A DNA stretch of 42,457 nt from an uncultured bacterium (GTDB lineage: Bacteria > RBG-13-61-14 > CAZOMR01). The notes beneath the pieces were generated by a model, which worked only from the letters and a program-made list of their open reading frames with translations, had not been told where the DNA came from and did no database searches. The stretch covers positions 1-42,457 of the forward strand of contig CAZOMR010000001.1 in assembly GCA_964580655.1 (NCBI GenBank), written 5' to 3'. Each line of letters opens with the position of its first letter. Position 1 is the first letter of the stretch. The translations under genes were made by a program, and so were the position numbers. This document shows positions 7,794 to 16,116 of this stretch, one piece after another.

Positions 7794-9977
7794 TTGCCTG
7801 GACTGGGTTTCATCCATCCGTACCTTCTCGCAGGCATACTCGCTGGCGCGCTACCGATATTGATCCACATGCTTTACAGGCGTCGCGCCCGGATCATCAG
7901 GTTCTCCGCAATGCGCTTCGTGATCCTGAGTTACAAGAAGGTTGCGCGAAGACTCCTTCTTCGTGAATATCTGCTTCTTCTCGTTAGATGCCTTCTCGTG
8001 GCCGCAATAGCCATTGCAATGGCCAGGCCGATCTTCTCGCGCGTGATCCAGGGAATGAATTCAGAACAAGGCCCCACAGCCACGGCCATAATCCTTGATA
8101 ATTCATACAGCATGATGAGCCGCGTAAAATCCGGCTCGCTCTTTGATGAGGCAAAGGAACTCGCGATTCAACTCATCAATTCCATGAGCGATGTAGACGA
8201 GGCCGCAGTGCTTTTCACAGCTCCGGGCACAGGCGCGGGATCACTTGAACTCGGCCTGACCAGAGACAGGAAAAGGCTTGTGCATGCGGTCGAAAAGGTC
8301 GAGATTTCATACGGACCTTCCCGGCCTCTTGAGGCTTTGCACAGGGCCAGCCCGATTCTGGAATCTGCAAGCCAGGCCTTCCGGCAGATAGCATTCATCA
8401 CCGACCTCCAACGCTACGGCTTTTCACAGGCGGCCACGGTCTTTTCCGGGCACATGCCCACAATCTACTTTTTCGACCTCACTCGGGGCAAGGAGATGAG
8501 GAACCTGGCCCTCGGAGGGCTTTCCATGGAGTCGGTTCCGATCCAGCGTGAGGCCAAGCTGAAAATCCAGGCAATGGTTCATAACTATGGCAGGGATGAT
8601 TCACCATCACATCTGATACAGGTGCTTTTGGGAGATAAGGTTGCGGCCAGGGGGTTCATTTCAGTTCCGGGCAGAGGGGCTGAGACCAAGCAGTTTTTTC
8701 TATCAGAGCCGGAGCAAGGAGTTCAAGAAGGCGTGGTCCAAATCATGTCTTCGGATCCACTGGCCGTAGATGACAAGGCCTATTTTCATCTTACCGGGGG
8801 AGGAAAGGTTCGTGCCCTGGTGGTTGATGGTGATCCAAAGGTTAGGCTCCAGAAGAGCGAGACCTATTTCCTGGACAAGGCTCTCCACCCACGGCTTTAC
8901 TCCCGGTCCAGGATTGATCCGACAACAATTGTGACTGAAGAGTTGGAAAACTATCCTCTGCGGGATTTCCAGGTGTTGATTCTCTGCAATGTTGGCAAGG
9001 TATCCAGGAAAACAGCAGGCAGGATACACCAGTTCGTAAAGGATGGCGGGGGACTTCTTTTCTCTCTTGGAGATCAGGTGGATGCGGAGTTTTATAATTC
9101 CCTGTGGCAGGACTTACTGCCGCGTGAGCTTAGAGGAGTCAAGTCTCCTTACGCCGGTGCCGAGGGGGTGAGTGAGATTCGCGTGATGCACATTGATCGT
9201 CACTTCGGCCGCGGCCAGCATGGCGAGGCAGTTCATCCAATCCTATCGGTGTTCAGGGATCCCGGGCAGGGCGATCTGGGTCTTGCCAGCTTTTTCTCTT
9301 ATTTCCTGCTTCAGCCGGAGGTGGGTCCTGCGACCCGGGTGATTCTACGGCTCACCAACGGCACGCCGCTTATGGTTGAAAAACCCCTGGGCAAGGGCAT
9401 CGTGATCCTCTATGCTACAAGCCTGGATCAGGCCTGGAACGACCTGTGTCTGCATCCTACTTTCCTCCCTCTACTCCAGCAGACGGTTCAATATCTGGCA
9501 AGGGCTTTGCGACAGGGAGACACGGGAGAACTCACTGCTGGAAGCATTGTAATCATGCCGTGTCCACAGGGCAAGGCCGGTGCGGTTGTGATGGATCCGA
9601 AGAGAAGAGTTTTTCCGGTCAGGGCCATGGATGAAAGAAATCAGCGCGTGATCCAGGTGCATACCAATCAACCCGGTATTTACTACTTGCAGTTCCTGGA
9701 CAGGATGTCTTCCGCAAGGCCTTCATCATTTCCACCCGAAGCCGCTGACCGGGTGCTTGTTGTCAACCTGGACCTTCGCGAATCGGATATGACAAAGATT
9801 TCAGAAAAAGAACTCAGGAAAATCCTGCCAGCAGAAAGCCTGGCAGTGCTCGGATCAGGCGAAACCACGGGACAAGCGGTTGCGGGCAAGCGCCTTGAGA
9901 CACCACTGGACAGGTCAATGCTTTTGCTTGTGCTCATACTCCTTGCCGCGGAACTGTTGCTTGTAAGAAAAGGATAA
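7794..9977 (+). CDS. BatA-type protein: N-terminal double-TM aerotolerance-regulator domain plus vWA plus large extracytoplasmic region plus C-terminal TM
   Basis: 727-aa ORF with a TTG start. N-terminus FIHPYLLAGILAGALPILIHMLYRRR. MIDAS-like ILDNSYSM. C-terminal helix SMLLLVLILLAAELLLV. Confidence 0.8.
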   Translation: MPGLGFIHPYLLAGILAGALPILIHMLYRRRARIIRFSAMRFVILSYKKVARRLLLREYLLLLVRCLLVAAIAIAMARPIFSRVIQGMNSEQGPTATAIILDNSYSMMSRVKSGSLFDEAKELAIQLINSMSDVDEAAVLFTAPGTGAGSLELGLTRDRKRLVHAVEKVEISYGPSRPLEALHRASPILESASQAFRQIAFITDLQRYGFSQAATVFSGHMPTIYFFDLTRGKEMRNLALGGLSMESVPIQREAKLKIQAMVHNYGRDDSPSHLIQVLLGDKVAARGFISVPGRGAETKQFFLSEPEQGVQEGVVQIMSSDPLAVDDKAYFHLTGGGKVRALVVDGDPKVRLQKSETYFLDKALHPRLYSRSRIDPTTIVTEELENYPLRDFQVLILCNVGKVSRKTAGRIHQFVKDGGGLLFSLGDQVDAEFYNSLWQDLLPRELRGVKSPYAGAEGVSEIRVMHIDRHFGRGQHGEAVHPILSVFRDPGQGDLGLASFFSYFLLQPEVGPATRVILRLTNGTPLMVEKPLGKGIVILYATSLDQAWNDLCLHPTFLPLLQQTVQYLARALRQGDTGELTAGSIVIMPCPQGKAGAVVMDPKRRVFPVRAMDERNQRVIQVHTNQPGIYYLQFLDRMSSARPSSFPPEAADRVLVVNLDLRESDMTKISEKELRKILPAESLAVLGSGETTGQAVAGKRLETPLDRSMLLLVLILLAAELLLVRKG

Positions 9978-9981
9978 ACTC

Positions 9982-10782
9982 ATGGAGCGAAGGGAATTCT
10001 TGAGCCGTGCTTTTGCCTCGGTTATGGGTCTGGGCCTTGGCTGGCCTGCATGGGGCAGGGCCCAAGCCATATATCCTGAACCGGGTCTTAAAATTCCTGA
10101 GCGCCCGAGCTTTTTCTTTGCACAGGTAAAATACGGCAATAGCCTGGACTGGAACCCTTACCATACTGCGGCGCGGAGTTTCATGGAGGTCCTTATTCGC
10201 CGCACCAGCATCCCGGCAAGCACAGACCGGGTGGACATCAAGCTGGCAGACCCGAGGATTTTCCATTATCCGTTTCTCTATCTCACCGGCGCACGGGAAT
10301 TCAAGCCCTTCTCTAATTCCGCGATCGAGAACATAAAGAGATTTCTCAATTACGGCGGATTCTTGCTCGTGGATGATGCCCTGGCCCTTCCCGGAGGCGG
10401 CTTTGAAGGGAGCTTCCAGCGGGAGGTCTCAAGGATTTTTCCCGGCAAGACCATGAGCCGGCTTCCCGATGATCATACTGTATATCAATCCTATTATCTG
10501 ATTGACTGGGTAGTAGGCCGCAAGGCTGTTCGGCCTTACTTGCTCGGAATGGATCAGGAAGACAGGACAGTTCTCATCTATTGCCCCAATGATCTCGGGG
10601 GGGCATGGGCCAAAGACAGTTTCGGGACATGGATCAACCGGGTGGAACCGGGAGGCCAGCGTCAGCGTGAGATGGCTATCCGGCTTGGCATCAACATCAT
10701 GCTTTACGCCCTGACAGTGAACTACAAGAAAGACCTGATCCATGTGCCCTTTATTTCCGAGAGGAGACGGCGCAGGCCCTGA
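9982..10782 (+). CDS. DUF4159-family protein with a twin-arginine signal peptide
   Basis: 266-aa ORF. MERREFLSRAFASVMGLGLGWPAWGRAQA carries the RR-x-FL Tat motif and an AxA cleavage site. FFFAQVKYGNSLDWNPYH, YPFLYLTG and GGFLLVDD resemble DUF4159. Confidence 0.75.
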   Translation: MERREFLSRAFASVMGLGLGWPAWGRAQAIYPEPGLKIPERPSFFFAQVKYGNSLDWNPYHTAARSFMEVLIRRTSIPASTDRVDIKLADPRIFHYPFLYLTGAREFKPFSNSAIENIKRFLNYGGFLLVDDALALPGGGFEGSFQREVSRIFPGKTMSRLPDDHTVYQSYYLIDWVVGRKAVRPYLLGMDQEDRTVLIYCPNDLGGAWAKDSFGTWINRVEPGGQRQREMAIRLGINIMLYALTVNYKKDLIHVPFISERRRRRP

Positions 10783-10786
10783 CACC

Positions 10787-13126
10787 ATGTTTGAACTCCT
10801 GAAGAATTTTGGAATTGATACAGCCGGCTTTGACCAGTGGGTAATTCATGCTGAAGGCGCATCCTCTACCGCGATATGGGTTGCGGCCTGTATTTTTATT
10901 CTGCTTTTTCTCGCCTTTATCTGGCCATCAATACGATCCGCACCGGGGCCAGGACAGCGTGCGGTACTTTTCGGACTGAGAGTCCTTGCCGCAGTGCTTA
11001 TCCTCGGATGTCTATTCCAACCTGGGCTCAGGCTTCTCAAGACCGCGCAAATGAAGACCAACCTGGCTGTGCTGATTGACACCTCGCAGAGCATGGGCGC
11101 TCCAGGACGCAGGGGTGGTGAAAGCCGGATAGCGGAGGTGGAGAGGTTCCTGGAAGAACATCAGGGCTATTTTAAGAAACTGGGTGAAGAATTCTCCATG
11201 CATTACTTTGGTTTTGATCAGGGCCTGCATGCCCTGGCCGCTCCGGTGCAGGGCCTTAAGGATAGCGCCATTGGCAAGAGCACTGAGATACTTGAGGCCA
11301 TTGTCGAGTTGGAGCGCTGGTGGAAAGGCGGCCCGCTGGCCGGAGTGATACTATTCAGCGATGGACAGGATACAGGGAGGCTCCGGAGATTCTCTCAACT
11401 AAAAGACGAGAAAAGAGAAACAAGGGTTCCTGAAATTCCGGAGCTTGAATCCCTGGCCGCGCCGGTGCATACCATCATTGCAGGGGATGCCGGGAGTTTG
11501 AGCGATCTTGTTGTGCGCCAGCTCATTCATGATGAATACGCGTTTGTGCACAATCCTTTTGAGGTGGGGGTGCGCATAGGGATCACGGGAGAGGTAACAT
11601 CACAGATAACAGTTACCCTGAAAGGCCAGGGCAGGATTCTCGCAAGCCGCAGTATCAAGCTTGATCCCGGCCAGACCGAAGCGGAAGTCAAACTCGATTT
11701 TATACCCCGGCAGGTGGGAGAGTTCTTTTATACCGTGGAGGTCCCGGTTTACGCAGGCGAGGCTTCAGCCTCGAACAATTCTCGACGGTTCGTCCTTACT
11801 GTGCTGAGGGACAAGGTAAGGGTGCTTTACATCGTGGGCAACCCGAGTTGGGATGAAAGATTCCTGCGCAGGGCCCTGAAGAAGAATCCATCAGTAGACC
11901 TGGTCAGCTTTTACATCCTGCGGGAATACTTCGACGATACCCACGCCCCGGAGAACGAGCTGGCCCTGATCCCTTTTCCTACAAACGAGCTGTTTACCAG
12001 GGAACTCGACACCTTTGACATGGTAATCTTTCAGAATTTTTTCGGAGCCCAATATATGAGGCCCGAATATATGAGAAACCTCAGTCGCTTTGTCAGAGAG
12101 AGGGGAGGGGGGCTACTCGTGATAGGAGGGATTCGGGCCTTGATTCATCATTCGTTCAACTCTCCACTTGAAGATATACTCCCAGTGAGGTTTTCCAGTA
12201 AGGTCCCGAACTATCGGGAAGGAGAATTTACCATGAGACTGACGCTGGCTGGCCGGCGTCACCCTGTTACACAGCTATCACGGAAATCGGAGGAGAATGT
12301 CCAGATATGGGAGTCTCTTCCTGCCTTGAGCGGATTCAACCTGACCATTGGCCCTGCCCCGGAGGGACTGGTGCTGGGCGAACACCCTTTTGAGAAAGGA
12401 GGGGCTGGTGGAAACCTTCCTGTAATTGCTGTCCGGGATGTGGGACATGGCAGGAGCATGGTCGTGGCAACGGACTCGAGCTGGCGCTGGAATTTCCTGG
12501 CCGTGGGAGGGAAGAAGAGCAACAAGCCGTATCAGATATTCTGGGACAGGGCTTTGCGCTGGTTGCTCAAGGACCCGGAGATGAAGACCCTCTCGCTTAC
12601 ACGGGACAAGGGGCGCTATGGTCCGGGAGAGGATGTTGTCTTGGCGATTGAAGTTCTGGACGCAAGCTACAAGCCCGCGGATGAGGCCGAGGTGAACCTG
12701 CGGGTTATAGAGCAACCACAGGGTTCATCACTTGAACTGCCTGAGCCGGAGCCGGCTGGAACAGGGAAATACGTTTTAAGATTCCAGCCCCGGCTGAAGG
12801 GACCCTACCGGATCAGCGCATGGGCCGAGCACAATGGCATCTCGCTCGGCACGGATGACATCATCTTCCAGGTTAGCGAGGAGAACCCCGAATTCGAGGA
12901 CTTATCTCTTCGCCCTGACCTCATGAGCCTTCTGGCAGAGAGCACAGGCGCATCGAGCCTGAACATAGATGATTCACCCAAGGGGCTTGAATTTAATAAG
13001 CCTCAGATGAAAAAAATCATCGGCACAAAAGACTTTCCCCTATGGGATAACGCAGTGGCCCTGATTCTGATAGTCTCTATTCTGCTAGGGGAGTGGTTCC
13101 TCAGACGCCGATGGGGATTGAGCTGA
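10787..13126 (+). CDS. membrane vWA-domain protein (Bat-like, C-terminal TM anchor)
   Basis: The ORF track starts at 10742. I prefer the ATG at 10787 (MFELLKNF), 4 nt after the upstream stop. Two N-terminal TM helices, MIDAS-like VLIDTSQSMG, C-terminal helix AVALILIVSILLGEWFLRRRW. Confidence 0.75.
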   Translation: MFELLKNFGIDTAGFDQWVIHAEGASSTAIWVAACIFILLFLAFIWPSIRSAPGPGQRAVLFGLRVLAAVLILGCLFQPGLRLLKTAQMKTNLAVLIDTSQSMGAPGRRGGESRIAEVERFLEEHQGYFKKLGEEFSMHYFGFDQGLHALAAPVQGLKDSAIGKSTEILEAIVELERWWKGGPLAGVILFSDGQDTGRLRRFSQLKDEKRETRVPEIPELESLAAPVHTIIAGDAGSLSDLVVRQLIHDEYAFVHNPFEVGVRIGITGEVTSQITVTLKGQGRILASRSIKLDPGQTEAEVKLDFIPRQVGEFFYTVEVPVYAGEASASNNSRRFVLTVLRDKVRVLYIVGNPSWDERFLRRALKKNPSVDLVSFYILREYFDDTHAPENELALIPFPTNELFTRELDTFDMVIFQNFFGAQYMRPEYMRNLSRFVRERGGGLLVIGGIRALIHHSFNSPLEDILPVRFSSKVPNYREGEFTMRLTLAGRRHPVTQLSRKSEENVQIWESLPALSGFNLTIGPAPEGLVLGEHPFEKGGAGGNLPVIAVRDVGHGRSMVVATDSSWRWNFLAVGGKKSNKPYQIFWDRALRWLLKDPEMKTLSLTRDKGRYGPGEDVVLAIEVLDASYKPADEAEVNLRVIEQPQGSSLELPEPEPAGTGKYVLRFQPRLKGPYRISAWAEHNGISLGTDDIIFQVSEENPEFEDLSLRPDLMSLLAESTGASSLNIDDSPKGLEFNKPQMKKIIGTKDFPLWDNAVALILIVSILLGEWFLRRRWGLS

Positions 13127-13163
13127 GTTTTAATCCAGGAAACGCGGTTGAGATTTTTCATTA

Positions 13164-13386
13164 AACCGCAAATCCTTCAGATGCGTAGCAGACGCAAAGA
13201 ACGCAAAGTCTAAGAATTTTAAATAGAGACATGCAGTAGATTTTGCAATGGATTTAAAAGGGGAGTGAGATGTCCTTTCAAGATAAAACCCCGCACACAG
13301 ACTCTTTTCGGATGAAGGGTTATATTAGACTCTTTACCACTTCTTAAACTATATTTCTTCTCTGCGGCCTTTGCGTCTTTGCGGTG
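13164..13386. repeat. AT-rich intergenic element bounded by inverted arrays of CGCAAAG-type 9-mers
   Basis: Left side: accgcaaatcc, gacgcaaaga, acgcaaag (13165-13208). Right side, opposite orientation: ctctgcgg, cctttgcgt, ctttgcgg (13360-13384). cgcaaagaacgcaaag is the reverse complement of ctttgcgtctttgcg apart from one extra base. Confidence 0.55.
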
Positions 13387-13425
13387 AAAATTATTTAGCC
13401 CTCAATGGCAAAATCAGGGGTAGTG

Positions 13426-13455
13426 TTGACAGAGGGAGATGAAATATAATATATT
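13426..13455 (+). promoter_or_regulatory. candidate sigma70-type promoter overlapping the first ATG of the CNB gene
   Basis: TTGACA at 13426-13431, an 18-nt spacer, then TATATT at 13450-13455. A TATAAT also occurs at 13445-13450 but with only a 13-nt spacer. The in-frame ATG at 13463 lies about 7 nt after the -10. Confidence 0.4.
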
Positions 13456-13948
13456 AGACACAATGAAGCCGACGGAGAATATCGGGATTTTTAAGGACAT
13501 CGCACTCTTTGGCGATTTAAACAACGCGGAAAGGCTGAAGCTCTCCAGGATATTCCAGAAGGTTGGATTTCGAGAGGGCGAGATAATCTTTACGGCAGGG
13601 GATATGGGGGATGCCCTCTATGTGATCCGGGAGGGGACTGTGGCTGTGATAAAGCCCGGGGAGGAACCGGAGGATGATGAGATCATCACGGAGCTTGGTC
13701 CGGGAGATATTTTCGGTGAGATGGCGCTGTTTGAGAAGATGCCTCGGTCGGCAACGATTCGTGGCTCGCAAGATGGGAAGCTCTTCAAGGTCAGGAAGGA
13801 CTATTTTGATAAGCTCATGGATGAGGATCACGAACTGGCGCTCAAGATTTATAAGAGAATAAATGTGATTCTGTGCCACCGGTTACGCGAGACTACGGAG
13901 CGCCTTGCCACAGCCAATCGCATCATCAGCGCCGCAAGCGCAGGCTAA
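13439..13948 (+). CDS. stand-alone cyclic-nucleotide-binding (CAP-effector-type) domain protein
   Basis: 169-aa ORF. Phosphate-binding cassette FGEMALFEKMPRSATIRG. No HTH or other output domain. C-terminal helix ILCHRLRETTERL. An alternative in-frame start is at 13463. Confidence 0.85.
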   Translation: MKYNILDTMKPTENIGIFKDIALFGDLNNAERLKLSRIFQKVGFREGEIIFTAGDMGDALYVIREGTVAVIKPGEEPEDDEIITELGPGDIFGEMALFEKMPRSATIRGSQDGKLFKVRKDYFDKLMDEDHELALKIYKRINVILCHRLRETTERLATANRIISAASAG

Positions 13949-13969
13949 GTGGCGGAGAAGGGAATCGAG

Positions 13970-15190
13970 ATGCCGAAAGTTGTCGGGATAGACTTTGGCA
14001 CAACCAACTCGTGCGTGGCCTATCTGGATCAAGGCAAGCCGCGGGTTGTCCTGGATAAAGAACGATATAAGCTGGTGCCCAGCTGTGTTTACTTTTATAA
14101 AAAGAACGACGACCTGCGTCTCATGGTGGGCCGGGCCGCGAGGAGCAAGTATGTGGAGAACCCCTTTTGCACCATACACTCGATCAAGCGCTTTCTGGGA
14201 AAGAGCTATGAAGCAGATGATGTGAAGCAGGCGCAGGAGCGTTATTTTTATATCCTGGACAAGGATGAAAAGGCCCAGAGCCATGAGATGGACATCATGG
14301 TCCGCGTTCATGAATATGACCTTGCAGTGACGCCAGTGGATGTTGCTACTTACATCTTTCGCTACCTCAAACAGATGACCGATTCTTATACACGCGAGAC
14401 AGTGGAGGATGTGGTGATTACCATGCCAACCACTTTCAAGACAAGATATACCACAGCTATAAAACAGGTAGCGGAAAAGGTAGGATTACGGATCGTGGGC
14501 ATGCTCGATGAGCCGATGGCCACTGCGTATGCCTTCGGGTATATGAACAAGGGACAGCATACCATAGCCGTCTACGATCTGGGCGGCGGCACCTTTGATT
14601 TCTCCATAATGCGCCGGGTAAAAGGAGGATACGAGGATGTCTCCACGCTTGGAGACTCCTGGCTGGGCGGAGATGATTTCGATTATGAGATCACCCAGTA
14701 CCTTATAAAGGAATTCCGCAACTCCACTCGCAACCGCCCATTCGCGGACGGCAAAATTTACAAGGATGGAATTACTATAACCGACAAGGACATCCTTCGG
14801 GCGATCAAGACAGAGGCTGAGAAGGCCAAGATAGCGCTTTCAGAGACATCCAATACATTGATCCATGTGTCCAATGTGATTCCGGAGATTGATCCGAATG
14901 TCCACATGGACATCAAGCTTTCGCGGGATGTTCTTGAATATCTGGAATCCGAGCTGATTGAACGCACCATCACCCTTGCCCTCGATACCATGGAGAACGC
15001 CCAGACCCTTACGCCCGGGCTTAAGCTGGATGCACTGCTCCTTGTCGGGGGCCAGTCGCGGATGCCCAAGATCAAGGCAAGGCTTCGCGATGTCTTCGGG
15101 GACATCATATACGACCAGATACTCCCGGAGGAAGCAGTAGCTATCGGTGCGGCCATCTACGGACATGTGCTTTTAGCTTCCCGAAAGTAA
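13970..15190 (+). CDS. Hsp70-family ATPase consisting of the nucleotide-binding domain only
   Basis: The ORF track starts at GTG 13949. The ATG at 13970 gives MPKVVGIDFGTTNSCVAYL, with GGAG about 12 nt upstream. Motifs present: GIDFGTTNS, VITMPTTF, DLGGGTFD, LVGGQSRMPKI, EEAVAIGAAIYG. The protein ends right after the NBD, so there is no substrate-binding domain. Confidence 0.85.
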   Translation: MPKVVGIDFGTTNSCVAYLDQGKPRVVLDKERYKLVPSCVYFYKKNDDLRLMVGRAARSKYVENPFCTIHSIKRFLGKSYEADDVKQAQERYFYILDKDEKAQSHEMDIMVRVHEYDLAVTPVDVATYIFRYLKQMTDSYTRETVEDVVITMPTTFKTRYTTAIKQVAEKVGLRIVGMLDEPMATAYAFGYMNKGQHTIAVYDLGGGTFDFSIMRRVKGGYEDVSTLGDSWLGGDDFDYEITQYLIKEFRNSTRNRPFADGKIYKDGITITDKDILRAIKTEAEKAKIALSETSNTLIHVSNVIPEIDPNVHMDIKLSRDVLEYLESELIERTITLALDTMENAQTLTPGLKLDALLLVGGQSRMPKIKARLRDVFGDIIYDQILPEEAVAIGAAIYGHVLLASRK

Positions 15191-15217
15191 AAATTTTAGT
15201 TAAGCCTGAAAGAGTTG

Positions 15218-15250
15218 TTGAAAGAACGTTGAAAGAAACTTGAAAAAAAC
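15218..15250 (+). promoter_or_regulatory. three tandem TTGAAAGAA-like direct repeats upstream of the corrinoid-protein gene
   Basis: ttgaaagaac (15218-15227), gttgaaagaaac (15228-15239), ttgaaaaaaac (15240-15250). These are followed by the inverted repeat tttcttt-gcgat-aaagaaa (15264-15282) and the AAGGAGG RBS. Confidence 0.35.
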
Positions 15251-15308
15251 TAGACAAAAGGATTTCTTTGCGATAAAGAAAAAAGCAGTCTGATCAAGGA
15301 GGCGGGGT

Positions 15309-15941
15309 ATGGATCAATTAAAGGAACTGGTGAAAAGCGGGAAGGCACCGGAGACCGAGGCCAGGGTGAAAGAGCTGCTCGAGCAGGGGCAACCTATGGA
15401 AATGATATTGAAGGAAGCCCTGATCGCGGCCATGGACGAGGTGGGCGAGCTTTTTCAGAAGGGGGAGTATTTTGTGCCGGAGATGCTGGTCGCGGCCCGG
15501 GCCATGCAGAGGGGATTGAATGTGATCAAGCCCTTGATGATGGAGGAGGGCATAGAGCCCCTGGGCAAAGTGGTGATAGGCACGGCCAAAGGGGACCTGC
15601 ATGATATAGGGAAGAACCTGGTCTCAATGTCCCTGGAAGGGGCAGGATTTGAAGTGGTAGACCTGGGAATTGATGTGTCCCCGGAAAAGTTCGTGGAGGC
15701 TGTCAAGGAACATAAGCCACAAGTGATGGGCATGAGCGCCCTGCTCACCACCACAATGCTCTCTATGAAGGATGTTGTCCTGGCCATCAAGGCCGCTGGT
15801 CTGCGCGATCAGGTCAAGATAATGATAGGCGGCGCTCCTATACGGCAGGAATACGCAGACGAGATCGGCGCCGACTTTTACGGCAAGGACTCCACCGAGG
15901 CCAAGAACATTGCCCGGCAGATAGTAACCGGGGAAGCCTGA
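15309..15941 (+). CDS. corrinoid (cobalamin B12-binding domain) protein
   Basis: 210-aa ORF with an AAGGAGG RBS. N-terminal helical cap, then a Rossmann B12 domain with the DxHxxG motif (GDLHDIGKN), SALLTTT and MIGGAP. Confidence 0.85.
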   Translation: MDQLKELVKSGKAPETEARVKELLEQGQPMEMILKEALIAAMDEVGELFQKGEYFVPEMLVAARAMQRGLNVIKPLMMEEGIEPLGKVVIGTAKGDLHDIGKNLVSMSLEGAGFEVVDLGIDVSPEKFVEAVKEHKPQVMGMSALLTTTMLSMKDVVLAIKAAGLRDQVKIMIGGAPIRQEYADEIGADFYGKDSTEAKNIARQIVTGEA

Positions 15942-16048
15942 GCTAAACATATACTCATATCCCGGGAATTCGGTAACCTCGATTCCGGAATGCTCATTCC
16001 AGAGCAGTGCCATGCCATATCTGTCTCGACCACCTGGATAGTGTGTGT

Positions 16049-16078
16049 TTGACTTTGAGCTCCAGATTCATTTATTAT
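16049..16078 (+). promoter_or_regulatory. candidate sigma70-type promoter for the SpoIID-domain gene
   Basis: TTGACT at 16049-16054, an 18-nt spacer, then TATTAT at 16073-16078. It lies inside the 5' end of the track ORF that starts at 16045, which argues for a downstream start. Confidence 0.3.
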
Positions 16079-16116
16079 TAACAGGACTTGTAAGAACGGA
16101 GTGGCGGCTTTTAAGT

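Noticed and set aside
15191-15308. Cobalamin riboswitch upstream of the corrinoid-protein gene
   Set aside because: The leader is only ~118 nt, A-rich and repeat-containing. I could not find a B12-box-like GCCACTG core or the expected GC-rich paired regions.
15989-16051. 20-codon ORF (MLIPEQCHAISVSTTWIVCV) in the gap after the corrinoid-protein gene
   Set aside because: It has no Shine-Dalgarno sequence and no distinctive composition, and it runs into the candidate promoter of the next gene. It is most likely a chance ORF.
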